Below are positions 8,868-18,988 of a DNA stretch of 64,000 nt, one piece after another; the stretch's first letter is position 1; each line of letters opens with the position of its first letter. Source of the stretch: Caldisericia bacterium (GTDB taxonomy: Bacteria; Caldisericota; Caldisericia; JAAYUI01); assembly GCA_963674785.1 (NCBI GenBank), contig OY771555.1, positions 943,847 through 1,007,846 on the forward strand. The letters run 5' to 3'. The position numbers and the translations under genes were made by a program. The notes beneath the pieces were generated by a model. The model did no database searches. It was not told the origin of the DNA and saw only the letters and a program-made list of their open reading frames with translations.

Positions 8868-9926
8868 TTAGATATTTTCAGGTTTCAATTCAAATTGAAT
8901 TTGATACGTCATTAACTTTATGTTTTGTGATGCCTTAAGAGCGTACTTGAGCTTTTCTGAATAGTCGCCTGCAATGATTAATCCCTCAACTTGGTTGTCT
9001 GATGATGCAAGATTCTCAGATACCCAGCCAATGTATCTTTGAATCTGACCAAGTGTTTCATCAGATGTTTTGTCTTTTTTAAGTTCGATGACCAACCACC
9101 TATCTTCGGTTTTATGGGATGCAAGAATGTCTATTCTACCTATATTTCCAGCAATATATTCAACTCCAACGGTTGCACCATCTTCCTTGTGAATCTCCCA
9201 TTGCCCAAATTCTTTCAGGTTATCCCAATTGCCGGCTAAGAAATCTTGTAGATGTTTTTCTAATTCAAAGTTGCCGTTGTTTGTGAGAGAACTGCTGGAA
9301 TAGCCAGAATTTGTAAAATCAACTTCATTTGATTTTTGTATTTCTTCTCGGTAGATAAATTCAAACAAGGCGTTGAGAGTCCATTTGTCAATTACCAGTT
9401 CTTCTGAAAGAGATCCAAGCATCAGGTTTACCAAAATATGTTTCAATAACACTGTATCTCCACCATCTGGCCATAAATCAAACTCTTTTATAACGTATTC
9501 AGCTGAAGCACTCCATATGCCATACTTATCTGGTTCCGTTATTTGTAGGATGGTGGTCAATACGTTTTTGTCTAGTCCCTTTATTTTTTGTTTTTCATTT
9601 GGGAATGCATATTCAAACCTATCGAACCGATTTTTTGATCTATCAAGAAACCCTTTGAATACTTGCCGAAGCTCATATATATCTTTTGTTATTTCCTTGG
9701 CTAGTTTGTCATAACTCTTCAATTGCTTGTTGTTTTCAAACTTCAAGAATTCACAAAAAACTTTTCTGTCAAGTTTTCTTATATTTTCATATTGGAATAT
9801 TGGTTGGTACTTTGCGATTACTTCATCTTTTGAGGAAACAACCATTTGAAACTCAGCATCTTTTTTTGCTCTATCTAGTGCTTCTTTGAGTGCAATAATT
9901 GCATCATCAAAAGCTTCTTTTGCCAT
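8868..9926 (-). CDS. PD-(D/E)xK nuclease superfamily protein (NucS/DUF91-like C-terminal domain)
   Basis: The C-terminal GRIDILASHKTEDRWLVIELKKDK resembles the NucS-type D...E-L-K nuclease core (RIDLLA...VVIELKR). The N-terminal ~270 aa are uncharacterised. Confidence 0.55.
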   Translation of the reverse strand: MAKEAFDDAIIALKEALDRAKKDAEFQMVVSSKDEVIAKYQPIFQYENIRKLDRKVFCEFLKFENNKQLKSYDKLAKEITKDIYELRQVFKGFLDRSKNRFDRFEYAFPNEKQKIKGLDKNVLTTILQITEPDKYGIWSASAEYVIKEFDLWPDGGDTVLLKHILVNLMLGSLSEELVIDKWTLNALFEFIYREEIQKSNEVDFTNSGYSSSSLTNNGNFELEKHLQDFLAGNWDNLKEFGQWEIHKEDGATVGVEYIAGNIGRIDILASHKTEDRWLVIELKKDKTSDETLGQIQRYIGWVSENLASSDNQVEGLIIAGDYSEKLKYALKASQNIKLMTYQIQFELKPENI

Positions 9927-11146
9927 TACTTCCCCCTAAGCTGTTTTACCGCTTCCCACAAAACTCTCATCAAAGTTTTTATCCTGACATCATCCCTTGT
10001 CCCGGTGAAGACTTCCCTGATTACAGATACACCATTCGGTGTGGAAATTCCCATATAGACAAGTCCAACTGGTTTTTCTGCTGTCCCACCTGTCGGACCT
10101 GCGATTCCAGTTGTCGATATCGTTACATCAGTTTTAAAGACCCTTTTTGCTCCCTGTGCCATCTCCTTTGCAACCTGTGATGAAACAGCTCCAAAACTAG
10201 AAAGTGATTCTTCAGATACACCGAGAATGTCCATTTTTGCTTGGTTTGAATACGTTACGGCCGAACCCATAAACACATCAGAAGCCCCGGAAATATCTGT
10301 CAGCGTTTTTGCAATCAGTCCACCTGTGCATGACTCTGCTGTTGCAATTGACCACCCTTTTTCTCTCAGGATTTTAAGTAAGGTTTCTGGTGCAGGATGG
10401 TCGAAAATATGATCCTTCAAAAGTCTTTTGATTTGACCGATAGAGTTACTCGATTTCTCATCAAACTCTTTTTCATCACTTGCTAATGTTGAAACTCTCA
10501 ATCTTATCTGCCCAAGCCCAGCGTATGGGGCAACTGAGATTGGATTTTCTGTATTGAGGATGTTCCCCAGAATGTCTGCCATTTTTGATTCAGGTAATCC
10601 AAGAACATAAAAATCTCTATGGAATTCTTTTGTATTGGTTTCAAGTGTTGGTAGAACGTGGTTATTCCACATCGGCTCAAGCTCTCTTGGTGGGCCAGGA
10701 AGAAGGATTATTATCTTTCTGTCTTTTTCGATCTTTATTCCTGGTGCTGTGCCAAAAGAGTTTTGAAGGATAATCGAGTTCTTTGGGATGTGTGCCTGAT
10801 TGAGATTTGATTTTGGCATCTCAATTCCTCTATTTTTAAAAAAATCTTTAATGGTGTGTTCAACCTTGTCCGAAAAAACCATCGGTAAGGAGAGGAATTC
10901 AGCGACCGCAGATTTGGTCAAATCATCAGGTGTTGGGCCAAGTCCACCCGTCAAAATAATCAGTTCAGATTCATCAAATAGAACCCTCAGGACTTTTTGA
11001 ATTTCTGCCTTTAGATCTGGAACAACAGCAGTCATTTTTGGAGAAAAGCCGATTGAGACCAGAGAATTTACTAACCACTTGGTAGTAGTATTGTTGATGC
11101 TACCAGACAAAACCTCGTTACCTACTGCGATAATCGAAAATCTCAT
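9926..11146 (-). CDS. cinA: CinA family protein (MoCF-binding N-terminal domain plus CinA C-terminal domain)
   Basis: N-terminal MRFSIIAVGNEVLSG...LTGGLGPT. The C-terminal domain carries the hallmark ATAESCTGGLIA motif. Confidence 0.85.
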   Translation of the reverse strand: MRFSIIAVGNEVLSGSINNTTTKWLVNSLVSIGFSPKMTAVVPDLKAEIQKVLRVLFDESELIILTGGLGPTPDDLTKSAVAEFLSLPMVFSDKVEHTIKDFFKNRGIEMPKSNLNQAHIPKNSIILQNSFGTAPGIKIEKDRKIIILLPGPPRELEPMWNNHVLPTLETNTKEFHRDFYVLGLPESKMADILGNILNTENPISVAPYAGLGQIRLRVSTLASDEKEFDEKSSNSIGQIKRLLKDHIFDHPAPETLLKILREKGWSIATAESCTGGLIAKTLTDISGASDVFMGSAVTYSNQAKMDILGVSEESLSSFGAVSSQVAKEMAQGAKRVFKTDVTISTTGIAGPTGGTAEKPVGLVYMGISTPNGVSVIREVFTGTRDDVRIKTLMRVLWEAVKQLRGK

Positions 11147-11180
11147 AGGTTTATTGTGGATTTGAAATCTAGTATGTCAA

Positions 11181-12005
11181 TTATTCTGATAACTGTTTTC
11201 TATGTTTCTCAATGTCAAAAGGTTCGAGATATGCAAAATCAGCTCTCCATTCGTTTTCTTCAAAAACGAAATCCGCTTTAACAATTGCTTTTTGTTCTGA
11301 TGTTTCTGGGTCACCGATTGCGATCGTAGCAAATACAAATCCCTTCATCGTTTTATCATCATCGATGTATTCTGGTTCTGTAGAAAATGCTGGTCCAATC
11401 ATGATTACATACTCTTCCTCACGGGGAGTTTTCCCGGAAACGGTTTTTATTGCAAGCTGTTTGTATTCAGCAATTGTATACTCTTCATGAATCCTTTTAC
11501 TCGATTTGTCCCAAAGTTTTTCGGTATTTGCATCAAGCATCCAGTCAAAGAAATCGAGCGACTCACCTCTGAGTTTGTCTGTTATATAGAAGCCCTTATA
11601 GTCCTCAGATTGTTGCTCAGCAACAACATTTGCAACCCACCACTGTTCATCATCAAGGATCATCGGCAATCTGAAGTCTTGTTCCTGGTCGTCAATTGTC
11701 AAAAGTCCGTAAACTGAGGCAGTCTCTCCATCTCGAAAAACTCTGCTATTGTAAACATCAAAATGGATTCCAGTATCTGAAATAGAAACATTTGTTTCAG
11801 GGTTGATCATATAATCATTGAAAACATCCATGTTCATGTTTTCTCGCATTGCAGGGGTAAGATAGCTATAGGCCGCTTCGAACTCTCCTTGTTCAATAAG
11901 ACTCAGATATTCCTTTGCCCTTTGTGACACAATATCTGTGCCACAAGAAACGAATAAAACCAATCCCAACAATAACGATACTATCCCTAAAACTCTTTTA
12001 CTCAT
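11181..12005 (-). CDS. Lipoprotein, function unknown
   Basis: Signal peptide with lipobox LFVSCGTD. Confidence 0.55.
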   Translation of the reverse strand: MSKRVLGIVSLLLGLVLFVSCGTDIVSQRAKEYLSLIEQGEFEAAYSYLTPAMRENMNMDVFNDYMINPETNVSISDTGIHFDVYNSRVFRDGETASVYGLLTIDDQEQDFRLPMILDDEQWWVANVVAEQQSEDYKGFYITDKLRGESLDFFDWMLDANTEKLWDKSSKRIHEEYTIAEYKQLAIKTVSGKTPREEEYVIMIGPAFSTEPEYIDDDKTMKGFVFATIAIGDPETSEQKAIVKADFVFEENEWRADFAYLEPFDIEKHRKQLSE

Positions 12006-12082
12006 GACATTAAGAATATTTTGAATTCCAAATGATTCAACTGCTATAATAGGTGTCAGAAATAAATGAAAAGAGGAAAATC

Positions 12083-13084
12083 ATGAAACTTGAAGAGCTA
12101 TATAAGTTAGCAGTTGAAGTTGGAATAAAAAATGACCCCAGAGGAACAGAGGAACCAAACAAGCTTCTTTCAAAGATGAAGAAGAAATTTGAAAAAATGG
12201 ATGAAAAGGACAAGCCATTCTTTGACCAAGACAAGCTTTGGAATCCATACGCGGACACTAGAATCCAAAATGGTCCAAACGATGCCGAGGTAAAGAAGAT
12301 ACTTGTTGGTGTAGACATAGACACCTCAGAGGTACTTCTTGCTGATCAGCTCAACGAAAGAGGAGCAAAAATTGATGCTGTTGTGTCCCATCATCCAGGT
12401 GGTCAGGGATCAATTGGTTTGTCACAGTTGATGCTTATCCAGACAGGGCTTTTACAAGCATCAGGAGTTTCAGTAAATGTCGCAGAAGACCTTGTTATCC
12501 CACGTGCTGCCGAGGTCGGAGACAGGATTTATTCTGGAAACCACTACAAAACAGCAAATGCTGCAAGACTTCTTAAAATGCCTTTGATGTCCGTCCATTC
12601 TCCTGCGGATAACTGTGTCCAGTCATATTTACAGAAAGAACTAGACAAGGAAAAACCAGAAACCCTGGGTGACCTTGTGGATTTTATCCATACAATCCCA
12701 GAATATCATCTTGCAAGGCTCAAACAGCTTCCTGCAAAGATTGAAAATGGAAACAGAGACAGACTCTGTGGAAAAATCAGAGTTTCAATGACCGGTGGAA
12801 CAACGGGAAACATCGGAATCTACAAGGAACTCAAAGAGCAGGGTGTGGGGACATGGGTTGTAATGCACATTCCACCAGATCATGTTACTGAGGCCAAAAA
12901 ACACCATATTAATGTTGTAAACGTAGGACATATGGCGTCAGATTCTGTTGGTATGAACTTTATCCTCGATGCGTTTGAAGCAGCAGGCGTCGAGATTGTT
13001 CCAGCATCCGGAATTATCAGGGTATCGGCAGAATACAGAAAAAACTTCAAAGCAGGAGAGACCCCTCCACCTGAGATGTACTAA
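12083..13084 (+). CDS. NIF3 family (YbgI/YqfO-like) dinuclear metal-centre protein
   Basis: GAKIDAVVSHHPGG and VGHMASDSVG correspond to the NIF3 metal-binding blocks GADAVIVHHG and AGHHATE. The start was taken at the internal Met with AGAGGA 6 nt upstream. Confidence 0.65.
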   Translation: MKLEELYKLAVEVGIKNDPRGTEEPNKLLSKMKKKFEKMDEKDKPFFDQDKLWNPYADTRIQNGPNDAEVKKILVGVDIDTSEVLLADQLNERGAKIDAVVSHHPGGQGSIGLSQLMLIQTGLLQASGVSVNVAEDLVIPRAAEVGDRIYSGNHYKTANAARLLKMPLMSVHSPADNCVQSYLQKELDKEKPETLGDLVDFIHTIPEYHLARLKQLPAKIENGNRDRLCGKIRVSMTGGTTGNIGIYKELKEQGVGTWVVMHIPPDHVTEAKKHHINVVNVGHMASDSVGMNFILDAFEAAGVEIVPASGIIRVSAEYRKNFKAGETPPPEMY

Positions 13085-13104
13085 AGGTATTTGTTAGAAT
13101 ACAT

Positions 13105-13140
13105 AAATCCCCACAATTTTGTGGGGATTTACTATTTTTC
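13105..13140 (+). terminator. Rho-independent terminator between convergent genes
   Basis: Inverted repeat aaatccccacaa/ttgtggggattt followed by a T-rich tract. Confidence 0.7.
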
Positions 13141-13254
13141 CGGATTATCAAGTCTTTGTCCGATCTTTTTGATTTGAAAGCTAAGTATTGTTATCACCAC
13201 ACACAAAATCCCTAAACTCATCGTTAAAACACCCATCGGCACATTGGAAATAGT

Positions 13255-13404
13255 CTATTTTCCTATAATCTCTGTTTCGTGAATCAATCTTTCTCGAAAC
13301 ACTCTATGTTCATCATCTGCTCTATGTTTTCTTTCAAAACCCGCCTGCAAAAAAGCTAACAACACAACAATTATACAACCAGTAAGTATAACTGAATACC
13401 ACAT
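13255..13404 (-). CDS. Unannotated 49-aa hydrophobic peptide (MWYSVILTGCIIVVLLAFLQAGFERKHRADDEHRVFRERLIHETEIIGK)
   Basis: ATG is preceded by GGAGGAAAG at good spacing. One predicted TM helix. It falls below the ORF-track length cutoff. Confidence 0.3.
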   Translation of the reverse strand: MWYSVILTGCIIVVLLAFLQAGFERKHRADDEHRVFRERLIHETEIIGK

Positions 13405-13481
13405 ACTTTCCTCCGTTATCAAACTATACTAACTATCAGAACGCTTCAGATAGTTGATAATGGATGCATCCATCAAATCTA

Positions 13482-16481
13482 TTATGGCTGGCTGATTGTG
13501 ATTGTTGCAGATCGGGTCAATGAATCCCAACCAACCTCTGCTCCCAGCGCCTCTGTTACGAATCGGAGTGGAACATATGTTCTTCCCTCTCGAATCATCG
13601 GACCTGCGTCAAGTTCAACCATCTTGCCATCGACGTCTGCAATCTTAGACCCAATTGTGAGAATTATGATTTTTCCACCCATGATGTATGAAACGGTTTC
13701 AACTCCACCATCCTCTCCAGTCGTGTATCCAACCTCGGCACCAATTGATTCACCCAGAAATCTGAAAGGAACCATTGAGCGACCAGCAGAGCTTACAAAT
13801 GGAGTTCCCTTGCAATCCATCTCGATTCCATTGACTTTTGCTGTTGCTTTACCGATTGTAAAGACTACAACTGTTTTTTCTGGTCTGAGGTCAGCTTTTA
13901 CTGTTAAACTCTTGCCTTTCTCACCATCACGTTCGGGATAGACCTCATATTTATTCAACCCATTTCGAACAAACTCGGAGTCGATATAATAGGTATCTTT
14001 TACTTTTGCAATCTCAACACCATTTCTCAAAATGATGTAATGTGTTCCTTCTTGTTTTCCTTGCCAATAGAGCATGATTGAGTTTTCGGCGACATCTGTT
14101 TTTAGTTCAGTTATTTCAACTATCGGTGGTGCAAGATTAACAACAATTTGGGTTGCTTCGCTTTCCACTCCTCCTATTTTTGCTGTGATACTGTATGCCA
14201 ATTTTTGTTTTGGGGCTGAGTTATCTTTGTAGTATTTTTCAGTCGTTTCCTCTAAAAATTCATCATTTCTGCTAATTTCATATGTAGCATTATCATCATG
14301 ATCCCAGATGAGCATCACAGAATCCCCAATCATCTCATATCTGAGATTGGTTACAGGGTTTACCTTGTCTGGTTTGTTTTCAAAGATCACAAACGCCTCA
14401 GGACCGATTTCATCACCATTAAGTGGAAATACCTTATAAATGAGTTGTGTCCTTGGTGGATTTTCGTGGGTATATGTTTTTTCAGATGTCTTGCCAGTTT
14501 CTTCCCCATTGCACTCAATCTTGAATTCAACATCCTGCTCAGATTCCCAAGTAAGAATTATGTCACCGTCTTTTTTCTCTGCCTTCAAGTTTGTAACAGC
14601 CTTGAGTTTGAGTGGGATTGTGATGCTTACAGGATCGCTCATATCCGAATAAAGTTGATCTTTTGCAATTGCGACAACTGCGTAGTTATATGTTTTCCCC
14701 GGTTCAACATCAGAGTCCTTCAGATTTGTTTCCTTTACCATTGATTTATTCATCTCGGTATTTGGGAGAGGGGTATCCTGACCAATGCTTTTAAAGACAT
14801 TGTAGCCAACAGTTTCAGCACCTTCTTCGGATTTTTTCCAGTTGAGTTCAACATGGTCATAAACCCAAACGGCAGTCAAATCTGTTGGTGGATTTGGTGG
14901 TTCAGGCTGAGGTTCTTCTGGTTCCTCCTCTGTCACGGTTATGTTTGCAGTTACAAACCCAAGTGTTCTGTGTCCGTATTCTCCGTCCATGATAAAGATT
15001 TCCAGTTGACCTGAGTAATTTCCTGGTCTGTTGTTTCCTGCTTTTATTTTCACTCTGATTGTTGTTTCTTCCCCTGCAGGGAGAGGCAACACTTCAACTG
15101 TTGGTTCCATAAGGGATCCGCCGTCAAAGAGAAGCTCAAGGTCAACCTTACCTTCATTGCTTAGTCTGACCTGTCTTGTGGTTTCACCTCTCCATGGGAT
15201 GCTCACGTTGAAACTTTTGTCTTTGATGAGAAGCTTTGGTTCCTGATCTTTCGGCCTTGGTTGTTTTCCATAACAAAAAACCGTTCTGGTTCGATATTTT
15301 TCGTTGCTTCCAAACTCGACAAACATTCGTTTCCAAGCAACTACCGGTTGATATACATACTCAGCCTCTTCACCAAAAAGAACCTTGTCGATTATCTCAC
15401 CAGTATCGGGTGAAACGATGTATACACCAGCAATTTCAGCATCTGAACTGGCAACTGGAACAAGCAATTTATCATCCATCACAGTTAAGGCATCAGTGAC
15501 CTTTCCAGGCATATCTACATCCCAGATGATGTCACCATTTATCTTGAATCTGACAAGGCGCCCTCTGTCATTTCCAATCACAAGGCTGTCCCCATAAACA
15601 GATGGCCCGTGGAAACACCATGAACCTACATCAATTATCTCTTCAGAGCTTGCACCAGCTGGTTTTGGTAATGCGATAATCTCACCACCTGCAGCTGTAT
15701 AGATCATGTATTTATCAAAAGCAACGGTCGGTGCCCAGAATTGAGTTGAGATTTCATATGATTCTTTGATTCCACCATATCCTTCTGCAAGAAGTTTCAG
15801 ATCATAGTGACCAGCCATCCCGACCGTGCTTGCAACATCATTTACACCGGGGGCTGCAACTACTGCTCTTTCATGTCCGATTCTCCAGCCTGATTTTGGG
15901 GTGTCGAGTCTTACTCTATGTACCGCACCTGTTTGTGAGTAGGAGGAAAAATATCCGTAGATTTCTTCGTTTTTTAGGAGTGCTGCAACAGAAGACATGT
16001 GGCTGTCCCCGCTTGATGCGTACCATACAATCTCACCTGTTGCCATGGATAGAGCAAGATATCTTGATTGAAGGGGTACTATGACAGTATCGCCAAGGAT
16101 CGTGCAAGATTCTGTGCAAGCCTCAGAAAGTTCAAGACTCCACATCTGACTTCCAGAGATAACATCGATACATCTGACATAATATGTATCACCGATGACC
16201 ATCATTCCGTTTCCGATGACAGGATTTCTGTTCCATCCCCTGTTGGTTTTCAGTTTCAGCTCCCAGGCGACATCATGATAGGTTTCGTAGTCCCAGGTAT
16301 CAAAGGAATTTGAGGTGTGAGCGGCATTGCAGGCGTACTGTGGCCATGGTTTGGGGATATTCTCTTCACCAAATATTATCTCATCATCGGCAGAAACTGG
16401 GTTTAAAAACCCGCCTATGGCAAGGAACAGAACAAGAGCAATTCTAACTAAAGATTTCATTAGCTCCTCCTTTATCATCAA
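13482..16481 (-). CDS. Large secreted cell-surface protein: beta-propeller-like region, Fn3-like repeats, and two C-terminal CAO-N-like domains
   Basis: N-terminal signal peptide. Fn3-like W..P...Y segments. C-terminal MVPFRFLGESIGAEVGY and TYVPLRFVTEALGAEVGWD are CAO-N type. Confidence 0.75.
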   Translation of the reverse strand: MMIKEELMKSLVRIALVLFLAIGGFLNPVSADDEIIFGEENIPKPWPQYACNAAHTSNSFDTWDYETYHDVAWELKLKTNRGWNRNPVIGNGMMVIGDTYYVRCIDVISGSQMWSLELSEACTESCTILGDTVIVPLQSRYLALSMATGEIVWYASSGDSHMSSVAALLKNEEIYGYFSSYSQTGAVHRVRLDTPKSGWRIGHERAVVAAPGVNDVASTVGMAGHYDLKLLAEGYGGIKESYEISTQFWAPTVAFDKYMIYTAAGGEIIALPKPAGASSEEIIDVGSWCFHGPSVYGDSLVIGNDRGRLVRFKINGDIIWDVDMPGKVTDALTVMDDKLLVPVASSDAEIAGVYIVSPDTGEIIDKVLFGEEAEYVYQPVVAWKRMFVEFGSNEKYRTRTVFCYGKQPRPKDQEPKLLIKDKSFNVSIPWRGETTRQVRLSNEGKVDLELLFDGGSLMEPTVEVLPLPAGEETTIRVKIKAGNNRPGNYSGQLEIFIMDGEYGHRTLGFVTANITVTEEEPEEPQPEPPNPPTDLTAVWVYDHVELNWKKSEEGAETVGYNVFKSIGQDTPLPNTEMNKSMVKETNLKDSDVEPGKTYNYAVVAIAKDQLYSDMSDPVSITIPLKLKAVTNLKAEKKDGDIILTWESEQDVEFKIECNGEETGKTSEKTYTHENPPRTQLIYKVFPLNGDEIGPEAFVIFENKPDKVNPVTNLRYEMIGDSVMLIWDHDDNATYEISRNDEFLEETTEKYYKDNSAPKQKLAYSITAKIGGVESEATQIVVNLAPPIVEITELKTDVAENSIMLYWQGKQEGTHYIILRNGVEIAKVKDTYYIDSEFVRNGLNKYEVYPERDGEKGKSLTVKADLRPEKTVVVFTIGKATAKVNGIEMDCKGTPFVSSAGRSMVPFRFLGESIGAEVGYTTGEDGGVETVSYIMGGKIIILTIGSKIADVDGKMVELDAGPMIREGRTYVPLRFVTEALGAEVGWDSLTRSATITISQP

Positions 16482-16653
16482 ATAAAGTATAACGGCAAAT
16501 GATGTTCAAGTGAAGCGGACGCCTTTTTGCGGTTATGTGTTAATAGAATGATGAAGTAAGAATCGATATGATTGATGTGTTAAACTTTGAATAATGACAA
16601 CGAGTGCTGTAATGGAATCAAGAATGCTTATGTTTGGTGGAGGAAAGTAATAA

Positions 16654-17886
16654 ATGAAGAACTTATTAAAATATTGGATAGGTATTATAGTGATAGGGGT
16701 TGTGATCATTTTGATCTCTACCATTTTTTTGTTGAAGCAGAGTAGAACCGAACATTTTTTGGAGTATACCAAATTAGATACTCTGACAATTGAAGGTGAT
16801 ATGATCAATACAAAGAGTTACCAATCAACTGGTCCATATTTGTATAGCTTATCAAAAAACAATCTATATCGTTATTTTGCTGATTTGGATACTCATGAAA
16901 TCTCAAAGATTGAGCTCCAATTTGATGCAGAATCTTCATATATTGAACATCAAGTTATTTCAGGAGTTAATACTGTTACTGATGTCGTATTCCTAATCGG
17001 AGAATCTGAAGGTAAAAGGTATCTTACCATTGTGCGTAGAGAAGATGACGAATCCCATGATTTCAAGATAATCAATACTTTCCCTGTGAGTGTTTCAAAG
17101 CTGGTGCATGTTTCAAGAAATATTGGTGGACACATAATCGGTGTTGAAGATGATAACCAAACGATTGTGAAATATTCAGAAGATGGAAACGGGTTATTGA
17201 GAAAAAAACTTCCTACCCAATATATTTTCCCTGAGTATATCAGTCAATATTGTTTGTATGCATGTGGCACAAAAGATCTCATTTTTATCGACCCAGAAAC
17301 TCTAGAGATAATGGACAAGTATCCACTTAAAAAAGAAGTAGAATTAAATAAGATTATCCCCCCAAAATCTTTTATAGAAGATTTCATTGTTGATAATGAA
17401 ATCTACGAAATAGTGCTTGAATGTCTCGAAAGAGAAACCAAAATTAGAAATGTTGAAAAACTATCATATTCCCCAAAAGCTTCAATATGGGGGCATAAAA
17501 TCAAAAGTGAGAATTCAATTGATTATGGAGATGGCACGATAATTACTCTTGATGAAGGGTTTAAATATCTGAGATCACTGAACATCTTTGATGCACCTAG
17601 AGATGGGTTTAGGACATCTGATGTTTTCATAAAACAAAATAAACTGGATGTTCGTACAGAGATTGTTCTTATTTGTAGATTTAAAGGAATAAAAAATAAG
17701 TCGAGTTTTGTGAACTACCATATTGTAAAAGTTGAGCCATTTAACGATATAATCAACGATGTTTTCGAAGATAGATACAAAGCAGACAACATATATTTCA
17801 TAGGCGAAAACAGCACTTACAAATCAATTCATCCGAAGCACTGGAAGTACATAAACAAAGTGGAGACTGTTAAGTCAAAAAACTAA
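16654..17886 (+). CDS. Membrane-anchored hypothetical protein
   Basis: SD GGAGGAAAG. A single N-terminal TM helix. No recognisable motif. Confidence 0.55.
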   Translation: MKNLLKYWIGIIVIGVVIILISTIFLLKQSRTEHFLEYTKLDTLTIEGDMINTKSYQSTGPYLYSLSKNNLYRYFADLDTHEISKIELQFDAESSYIEHQVISGVNTVTDVVFLIGESEGKRYLTIVRREDDESHDFKIINTFPVSVSKLVHVSRNIGGHIIGVEDDNQTIVKYSEDGNGLLRKKLPTQYIFPEYISQYCLYACGTKDLIFIDPETLEIMDKYPLKKEVELNKIIPPKSFIEDFIVDNEIYEIVLECLERETKIRNVEKLSYSPKASIWGHKIKSENSIDYGDGTIITLDEGFKYLRSLNIFDAPRDGFRTSDVFIKQNKLDVRTEIVLICRFKGIKNKSSFVNYHIVKVEPFNDIINDVFEDRYKADNIYFIGENSTYKSIHPKHWKYINKVETVKSKN

Positions 17887-17959
17887 TAGATAATAGGTGC
17901 GTATCTAATTCGAATTATTATACCAGAGTAGCTTGGAGCTACTCTGGATTACTTACCCA

Positions 17960-18472
17960 CTATCCCTGGCTCATCATTCCCCAAAGCTCTAATCTAATGC
18001 CATTTGGGGTTTTAAATATTCCACGAAGCATGGGTGAACCTTCCATGTCTGGTGCTGGTTTTCTTTCAAACTCAATCTCTCTTTTTTCGAGTGCTTCAGT
18101 TACTTCCTCAATGTTTTCAACCATCAGACAGAGCTTGATAGCATTTCCCGGAGTTGCAATTTTTTCCTTGCCGTCTGCTTTATAGAAACTGAAATAGAAA
18201 AACTTGTCAGGATTTGTGACAGAACAATACCCCATGTTTCCATCAGCAACAAAGGTATCAAAGCCTAAGATGTCAGTCATAAACCCAACTTCGGCTTCGA
18301 AGTCATCAACATAATACTCGATCATGTGAGTCCAACATGGGCCAAGTTTGTAGATGAATTCATTTTCATTTGCTGGCCACTTTGTTTGCCAATCTTCGGG
18401 TGTTTTCAGACTTGCTGCGATCTCAATTCTCTTTTTTCCAAACTCTCTACATTTTTCAATTAGTTCACTCAT
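17960..18472 (-). CDS. VOC (glyoxalase/bleomycin-resistance fold) family protein, paralog A
   Basis: VDDFEAEVGFMTDILGF ... NGIRLELWG is a VOC beta-alpha-beta-beta-beta module. It is one of three ~170-aa tandem paralogs. Confidence 0.6.
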   Translation of the reverse strand: MSELIEKCREFGKKRIEIAASLKTPEDWQTKWPANENEFIYKLGPCWTHMIEYYVDDFEAEVGFMTDILGFDTFVADGNMGYCSVTNPDKFFYFSFYKADGKEKIATPGNAIKLCLMVENIEEVTEALEKREIEFERKPAPDMEGSPMLRGIFKTPNGIRLELWGMMSQG

Positions 18473-18482
18473 TATTACACTC

Positions 18483-18983
18483 CTATTCTTTCATTCCCCA
18501 CAATTCAATTGGTATTTTGTTTGGTGTTTCAAGTTTGCAGACCAAAAGGGGATCATTATTTTTTGGATAACCTTTTGGTTTATGGAAAAACTGCACTCCT
18601 CTTTCTTCAAGCTCTCTGTACTTTTTTTCAATTTCATCAATCAGGAATCCAATTGTGATCGACTCAGGTTGAGTTTGCCTCTTTATTTCTGAATCTTTCC
18701 AAAACCCAAAAAAGAAATCATTTTTTGGGTTTGATAAAACCGCATAATTCTCACTTATTGCATTTGGGATCAAACCAAGAATATCCACAAAAAATCCAAG
18801 CTCTGCTTCAAAACTCTTTACAACATACTCAATCCAGAACGGTCTTGCGGGGTTCAGGGAAAAAGGATATTCATTTTCTGATTTCCACCAATCGATTCTA
18901 TCATCGGGATTAAGCCTGTTATGAATGACAGTTTCAATTCGCTTTTTCCCGAAATTCTCGCAGAGTTTGTTGAAATCTGACAT
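18483..18983 (-). CDS. VOC family protein, paralog B
   Basis: Paralog of 17960..18472 (CENFGKKRIE..., ...IPIELWG). Gap to the neighbour is 10 nt. Confidence 0.6.
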   Translation of the reverse strand: MSDFNKLCENFGKKRIETVIHNRLNPDDRIDWWKSENEYPFSLNPARPFWIEYVVKSFEAELGFFVDILGLIPNAISENYAVLSNPKNDFFFGFWKDSEIKRQTQPESITIGFLIDEIEKKYRELEERGVQFFHKPKGYPKNNDPLLVCKLETPNKIPIELWGMKE

Positions 18984-18988
18984 ATGTT

